Source of the DNA: an uncultured delta proteobacterium
GTDB lineage: Bacteria; Myxococcota_A; UBA9160; UBA4427
DNA length: 64,000 bases
Direction: 5' to 3'
Assembly: GCA_963822965.1 (NCBI GenBank)
Contig: CAWGJT010000010.1
Location: forward strand, 1,024,001-1,088,000
Below, piece by piece: positions 58,467 to 64,000 of this stretch. The notes beneath the pieces are model-generated. The model searched no databases. It was not told where the DNA came from and was given only the letters and a program-made list of their open reading frames with translations. The position numbers and the translations under genes were made by a program. The stretch's first letter is position 1. The number at the start of each line of letters is the position of its first letter.

Positions 58467-59744
58467 CTACACGCCGGCGCGCGACGCGCCTCCGCGGGCC
58501 GGGTCGGCGTCGTCGGGCAGCAGCAGCGCGAGGTAGCGGTCGACGGACCGCTCGATCGAGTAGTCGTCCGCGCGGGCGACGGAGACGCGCCGGGTCCGCG
58601 GCGCGTCGAGGGTTCGGGCGATGGCCTCCGCAAGCGCCTCGCCGTCGTCGACCGGCACCAGCTCGCCGTAGCGGCCGCTCGTCGAGGATCTCCCGCGGCC
58701 CGCTCGGACAATCGGTGCTGACCAGCGGACAGCCGCACGCCATCGCCTGGATCAGCACGCCCGGCAGCCCCTCCCAGCGCGAGGACAGGACGAAGACGGA
58801 TGCCCGCGCCATGTAGCGGAACGGGATTCGGGACGAAGCCCGGAAACGCGACGTCGTCCTGCATACCCGCGGCCGCCGCCTGCCGCAGGAGCGTCGGCCT
58901 GGAGCTCGCCCTGCCCCAGGATGACGAGCCGCACCCGGCGCTTCTCGCGCACCCGGGCGAAGGCGTCGATCAGCACGTCGAAGCCCTTCTGCTCCTTGAG
59001 CTTGCCGGCCGCCAGGATCACCGGCACCGCCGGGTCTGCGAACCAGGGGTCTTCCAGGGGCTCGGCGGCCTGCTCGGCGATCTCGGGTCCGACCACGGGG
59101 TTGTAGGTGGTGGTGATGGCCTCCCGGGGAATGCCTGCCGCGCTCGCGAGATCGTCGGCCACGCCGTCGGAGACGGCCGAGATGGCGTCGGCCCAGGGAT
59201 AGAAGGCGCGGGCCAGGGCCGGCAGCTCCTGGTTGCGGCGACGCACCTGGGCGCGGTGCGTCACCGTGTTCCGCTCGCTGACCACGAGACGGGTGGGCAC
59301 GTCCGCCAGGTGCCGCGCCCACAAGGCGGCGATGTTCGAGTAGTTGAGCGCCGAGAGCATGGCGTCGGGACGCTCGCGCTCGAGGTAGCGCACCAGGTCC
59401 GGGATGCAGCCCAGCACCCAGTGCGGAAAGACGCCCCGAAAAGCTGGCGCCAGCTTGCGCGCATTCGCGGGGTCGCGCAGCAGCGCGGGCAGTGCACGCA
59501 GCACGCTGTGGCGGCCCAGCTCGACGATGCGAACGCTCTCGGGCACGTGGTTCACGAAGGCGCCCTTGGCGGTCCCGAGAACGAGATCCACCCGGTGTCC
59601 CCGGGCCGCGAAGCCCCGGGCAAGGCTCACCATCATGCGCTCGGCACCGCCGCCGCCTTCGAGCGAGCGGATGAAGATGGCGAGATGCCGTCCGCCCGCG
59701 GCTACCGCCGTTGCGGCGGGCGCGTCATTCGGCGCGCTCGTCAT
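58467..59744 (-). CDS. GT4 glycosyltransferase, apparent frameshifts at about 58680-58900
   Basis: [29 protein letters not shown] in different frames. Confidence 0.85.
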
Positions 59745-60075
59745 GCGCGGATCACTCTCGGATTCCCCCCGGCGCGGCCGGCGACCCCTGGGAGGGCGCC
59801 TCGGCCGAGCGCCCGCCAGGGTACAGCGCCGGCTCCCGAATGCCCGGCCGCGGGAAGCAGGCCCGGAGGCGCTTGAGGTAGATCCTCGGAACCCGATGAA
59901 AGGCCCTGGATCCCAATGGGGTTTCTGACATTGGTCCGGTCCGTCGCGGGCCCCGGCCCCGGGGCGCGAGCGGCGCTCGTCCGGGCGCTGGGCATATGAC
60001 GTCCGCGATGAGCCGCGGCGCTTCCTGTCGAACAACGTTTCGTTTCTTTCCGCGTGACGATCGTGCGACGAAACG

Positions 60076-61383
60076 GTGACGTCCGCTGCTAACCTGCGCG
60101 CGCCGCGGGAGGGGTCGGTCCTGGAGAGTGCGCTCGCGCAGGTCACGCCGGTCGTCTGGCTGGCCGGAATCCTGGCGCTCTACATGGCGTGGGCCATCGG
60201 CGCCAACGACGTCGCCAATGCGATGGGCACGAGCGTGGGCTCGGGTGCGCTGACGATCCGTCGCGCGATCGTGGTGGCCGCCGTGCTCGAGTTCTCGGGC
60301 GCCTTCTTCGCGGGCGGTCACGTCACCGACACCATCCGCAAGGGCATCCTCAGCTCCGACGTGGCCTTCGCCGACCCCCAGCTGCTGCTGTGCGGCATGC
60401 TGGCCTCGCTGGCCTCCGCCGCGACCCTGCTGCTCGGAGCCACCCGGCTCGGGCTGCCCGTCTCGACCACCCACTCCATCGTCGGCTCCATCGTGGGCTT
60501 CGGCGCCGTCGGTCTCGGGCTCGACGCCGTCGAGTGGGGAAAGGTGGCGCAGATCGTCCTCTCGTGGCTGACGTCGCCGCTCCTGGGCGGCCTGCTGGCC
60601 TTCGGCATCTTCCAGATCATCGCGCGCGGCATTCTCGACCACGAGCGCCCCATCGAGCGGGCACGCCGGCTGGGGCCCTTCTTCTTCGGCTACGTGTTCT
60701 TCGTGATCGGCCTGGTCACGCTCTTCAAGGGCCTGAAGAACCTGAACCTCCACTTCGACCTGCCCCAGGCGATGATGATGTCGGCGGGGCTCGGTCTGCT
60801 GGGATTCGGCCTCGGCCACCTCTTCCTCCGGCGCGTCCCATCGGGTCCCGAGGACGAGCAGTTCCACTATCGCAACGTCGAGCGGATCTTCGTGGTGCTC
60901 CAGATCCTGACGGCGTGCGCGGTGGCCTTCGCGCACGGCTCGAACGACGTCGCCAACGCCATCGGCCCGCTGGCCGCCATCGTGAGCCTCGCCCAGGGCG
61001 CGGCGGTCGGCGGAAAGGCACCCGTGCAGGCGTGGATGCTGGCGGTGGGCGGCGTCGGAATCGTGGTCGGTCTCGCCACCTGGGGCTACCGCATCATGGA
61101 GACCGTGGGCAAGCGCATCACCGAGCTGACTCCCAGCCGGGGCTTCGCCGCGGAGCTGGCTGCCGCCACCACCATCGTGCTCGCCTCCCGCGCCGGAATC
61201 CCCGTCTCCACCACCCACATCCTGGTGGGGTCGGTCCTGGGCGTCGGGCTGGCTCGGGGCATCGCCGCCCTCGACCTGCGCGTGGTCGGCAACATCGTGA
61301 TCTCGTGGCTGGCGACATTGCCCGTCGCTGCGGCACTCTCGATCTTTTTCTTCTACTTCTTCAAGGGGCTGCTCGGCCCGTGA
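60076..61383 (+). CDS. pit: PiT family inorganic phosphate transporter
   Basis: GANDVANAMGT, HGSNDVANAIGP, PVSTTH x2. Confidence 0.95.
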   Translation: MTSAANLRAPREGSVLESALAQVTPVVWLAGILALYMAWAIGANDVANAMGTSVGSGALTIRRAIVVAAVLEFSGAFFAGGHVTDTIRKGILSSDVAFADPQLLLCGMLASLASAATLLLGATRLGLPVSTTHSIVGSIVGFGAVGLGLDAVEWGKVAQIVLSWLTSPLLGGLLAFGIFQIIARGILDHERPIERARRLGPFFFGYVFFVIGLVTLFKGLKNLNLHFDLPQAMMMSAGLGLLGFGLGHLFLRRVPSGPEDEQFHYRNVERIFVVLQILTACAVAFAHGSNDVANAIGPLAAIVSLAQGAAVGGKAPVQAWMLAVGGVGIVVGLATWGYRIMETVGKRITELTPSRGFAAELAAATTIVLASRAGIPVSTTHILVGSVLGVGLARGIAALDLRVVGNIVISWLATLPVAAALSIFFFYFFKGLLGP

Positions 61384-61405
61384 GGGCGCCCGGGAGACAG
61401 CGCGC

Positions 61406-62074
61406 ATGTCCTTGATCGCCGATCTGTTCGGGCGCTCACCGATCCGGCCGATGCAACGCCACATGAAGGCGGCGGTGAGCTGCGCGCGCGAGGTGCTGCC
61501 CCTGGTCGAGGCCATGGCCGCGGGCGACGTGGCGGCCATCACCGCGTGCCGGGCGCGCATCGATCGCCTCGAGCACGACGCCGACGAGATCAAGAACGAG
61601 ATCCGCAGCCACCTGCCCAAGCGTCTTTTCATGGCCGTGGAGCGGCGTGACATGCTGGAGATCCTCGACTACCAGGACTCCATCGCCGACACCGCGCAGG
61701 ACGTGGCCGAGCTCGCCGATCTCCGCGGCATGACCCTGTCCCCCGACCTGGCGGAGCCGGTGCTCGAGCTGGTGCGCCGGGTGGTGAGCGCCTGCGAGCA
61801 GGCCGAGCGCATCGTGAACGAGCTGGACGAGCTGGTCGAGACGGGCTTCCACGGACGCGAGGTCAGTCGGGTCGAGGAGATGATCGACGAGCTCGGCCGC
61901 ATCGAGAGCGACACGGACGAGCTGGCCGATCGCGCCGTGCGCAAGCTCTTCGCGCGCGAGGCCGAGCTCGGTGTGGCGACCATCTTCCTCTACGACTGGG
62001 TGGGCTGGATCGGCGACATGGCCGACTACGCCGAGCGCGTGGGCAACCGCCTGCGGCTGCTGATCGCCCGCTGA
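61406..62074 (+). CDS. DUF47/PhoU-like phosphate transport regulator
   Basis: LEHDADEIK, QDSIAD; adjacent to pit. Confidence 0.9.
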   Translation: MSLIADLFGRSPIRPMQRHMKAAVSCAREVLPLVEAMAAGDVAAITACRARIDRLEHDADEIKNEIRSHLPKRLFMAVERRDMLEILDYQDSIADTAQDVAELADLRGMTLSPDLAEPVLELVRRVVSACEQAERIVNELDELVETGFHGREVSRVEEMIDELGRIESDTDELADRAVRKLFAREAELGVATIFLYDWVGWIGDMADYAERVGNRLRLLIAR

Positions 62075-62202
62075 TCACCCCGCCGCGGCGCGCGCCCGGA
62101 CGGTCAGGCCCCCCTCGGCAGACTCGACCACCACGGTCGCCACCCGGCGCGGTGCCGCGAACCGGAGCTACCCTCGGGCTTCCACGTCATCGAGGAGCCG
62201 CC

Positions 62203-62826
62203 ATGATCCAGGTCCACCACCTCAACAACTCGCGCTCCCAGCGCGTCCTCTGGCTGCTCGAGGAGCTGGGGCTCGACTACGAGATCGTGAAGCACCAGCG
62301 CGACCCCGAGACCAATCTCGCGCCCGAATCGCTGCAGGCGGTCCACCCGCTGGGGAAGGCGCCGGTCCTCGTGGACGGCGACGACGTGGTGATCGAGTCG
62401 GGCGCCATCCTGGAGTACCTGGTGCGAAAGTACGGGAACGGCAGGCTGCGGCCCGCCGACGGCACTCCCGACGCGCTGCGATACCTGCAGCTCATGCACT
62501 ACGCCGAGGGCTCGGCCATGCTGCCCCTGATGCTGTCGCTCTACACCGGGCGGCTGGGCGAGGCGGGTGCGCCGCTCCAGCCGCGCATCCGCAGCGAGAT
62601 CGCGCGACACTTCGGCTACCTGGAGGGCCTGCTGGAGGGCCGCGACTGGTTCGTCGGCGACGACATCACGGCGGCCGACGTGCAGCTCTCGTTCGCCATC
62701 CAGGCCGCACGCGCGCTTCACGGCCTGGATTCGTTCCCGAGCCTCGGGCGCTTCCTGGACCGCGTCCAGCAGCGCCCCGCCTACCAGAAGGCCATCCAGC
62801 GCGGCGGCGCCTATGCGTTCGGATAG
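62203..62826 (+). CDS. Glutathione S-transferase
   Basis: HHLNNSRSQRVLWLLEELG, HPLGKAP, ESGAI. Confidence 0.93.
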   Translation: MIQVHHLNNSRSQRVLWLLEELGLDYEIVKHQRDPETNLAPESLQAVHPLGKAPVLVDGDDVVIESGAILEYLVRKYGNGRLRPADGTPDALRYLQLMHYAEGSAMLPLMLSLYTGRLGEAGAPLQPRIRSEIARHFGYLEGLLEGRDWFVGDDITAADVQLSFAIQAARALHGLDSFPSLGRFLDRVQQRPAYQKAIQRGGAYAFG

Positions 62827-62862
62827 GCGCTTCGGATGCCGCCCCGCACGCGCGCTCGCGCG

Positions 62863-63768
62863 ATGAGCCGCGGTCCGCTCGACTCCCTCGACCACGTGAT
62901 CCTGGCCGTCCGCGACCTGGACGCGGCGGAGAAGGTCTACGCCCGGCTGCTCGGTCGCGCACCTTCCTGGCGGGGCGAGCACCCGGGGAGCGGCACCCAG
63001 AACGCGCTCTTCCGCCTGGACAACACGTACCTCGAGCTGCTGTCTCCCAGCGGCTCCGGCCCCGTGGGCGAAGCCGTCGCCGCCTGGCTCGATGCGCGCG
63101 GCGAGGGGCTCCTGGGCCTGGCCTTCGGCACCGGCGATGCGGACGCGTGCCGGCGCTTCTTCGCGGACCGCAGCCTCGCGCCGGGCGCGATCGAGAAGGG
63201 CATGGGACGCGACGACCCGTCGGGCGCCTTCCGCACCTGGCGGCGGGTGCCGCTCCCGCTCGCGTCCACCCGGGGCGTGCTGCTCTTCGCCATCGAGCAC
63301 ACGGCACCGGACGAGATCCTGACGCCCTCCCCCGCTCTCGCCGCCCCGAGCGCCTGCGTCTACGCCCTCGACCACGCGGTGGTGCGGACGCCGGACGGCG
63401 ACGGCGCGCGTCGGCTCTACGAGGACGCGCTGGGGCTGCGTCTCTCTCTGGACCGCCGCTTCCCCGAGTGGGACACCCGCCTGCTCTTCTTCCGCGCGGG
63501 ACGCGTGACGGTCGAGGTCGCCGCGCCGCTGGATGCGAAGGCGGAGGCAGAGGCGCGGGACACGCTGTGGGGCCTGTCGTTCCGGGTGCCGGACGCAGAC
63601 GCCGCGCGCGCACGCCTGGCAGCTGCCGGGGTGGACGTTTCGCCCGTGCGTGCGGGACGCCGCCCCGACACGCGCGTCTTCAGCGTGAAGGACGGCACCT
63701 GCGGCGTCCCCACTCTGATGCTCGAGCCCGAGCCCGCGCGCGCCCGCGAAGCCGGAGCCCGCGACTGA
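62863..63768 (+). CDS. Two-domain VOC family protein
   Basis: LDHVILAVRDL, GTQNALF...YLEL, LDHAVV. Confidence 0.88.
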   Translation: MSRGPLDSLDHVILAVRDLDAAEKVYARLLGRAPSWRGEHPGSGTQNALFRLDNTYLELLSPSGSGPVGEAVAAWLDARGEGLLGLAFGTGDADACRRFFADRSLAPGAIEKGMGRDDPSGAFRTWRRVPLPLASTRGVLLFAIEHTAPDEILTPSPALAAPSACVYALDHAVVRTPDGDGARRLYEDALGLRLSLDRRFPEWDTRLLFFRAGRVTVEVAAPLDAKAEAEARDTLWGLSFRVPDADAARARLAAAGVDVSPVRAGRRPDTRVFSVKDGTCGVPTLMLEPEPARAREAGARD

Positions 63769-64000
63769 CCGGTACGGTCCGGTGGGAAGCCCGAGAACGA
63801 GCCCGTCGCTGCGACCGCGGTTGGCGCAACCAGCGATACCGGCTACCCTCGCCGCCACGAGAGCGCATCTTTCGGGCCGGGCCCTACAGCGTCTTCCGCC
63901 TGCCCGTTCTCCCCCCAAGTGAATACGCCTTCGCATCGGGTCCATCGGGGCTCGATGAAGAGATCGCCTCTGCGCGCCATCGGGTGTTCCGAGCGTGCGC

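Noticed and set aside
57700..58920. Phase variation or decay of the GT4 genes
   Set aside because: Multiple scattered indels that are not in long homopolymer tracts; likely low-quality consensus.
63770..64000. Possible gene 3' end or ncRNA at the right edge
   Set aside because: No recognisable motif and truncated by the window.

Overview
GC-rich bacterial chromosomal segment; the gene content suggests a Myxococcota/deltaproteobacterial-type organism, which is an inference. It holds about 60 CDS and one tRNA-Arg(CCU). Main blocks: (1) a Co-type nitrile hydratase operon followed by a CYP51-like P450 and ferredoxin; (2) CYP153-like and CYP107-like P450s; (3) an uncharacterised ferritin-like diiron/SCP2-like/ferredoxin operon; (4) an erm-like rRNA methylase; (5) tungsten AOR with MoaD; (6) an ArcE-like ligase with carbamate kinase; (7) fused trpEG; (8) a sulfotransferase/GT4 cluster; (9) pit with DUF47. 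The most unusual non-gene signals are a trp attenuator whose WWW leader peptide is expanded by about ten 24-bp tandem repeats, a candidate leaderless erm leader peptide (MLTVIIRVR) overlapping the erm start, and two families of CTAG-flanked MITE-like elements at stop codons. Several short tandem duplications also occur. Frameshifts cluster at about 1.4-6 kb and 57.7-58.9 kb and are probably sequencing errors. All product calls come from motif recognition by eye; no database searches were run.
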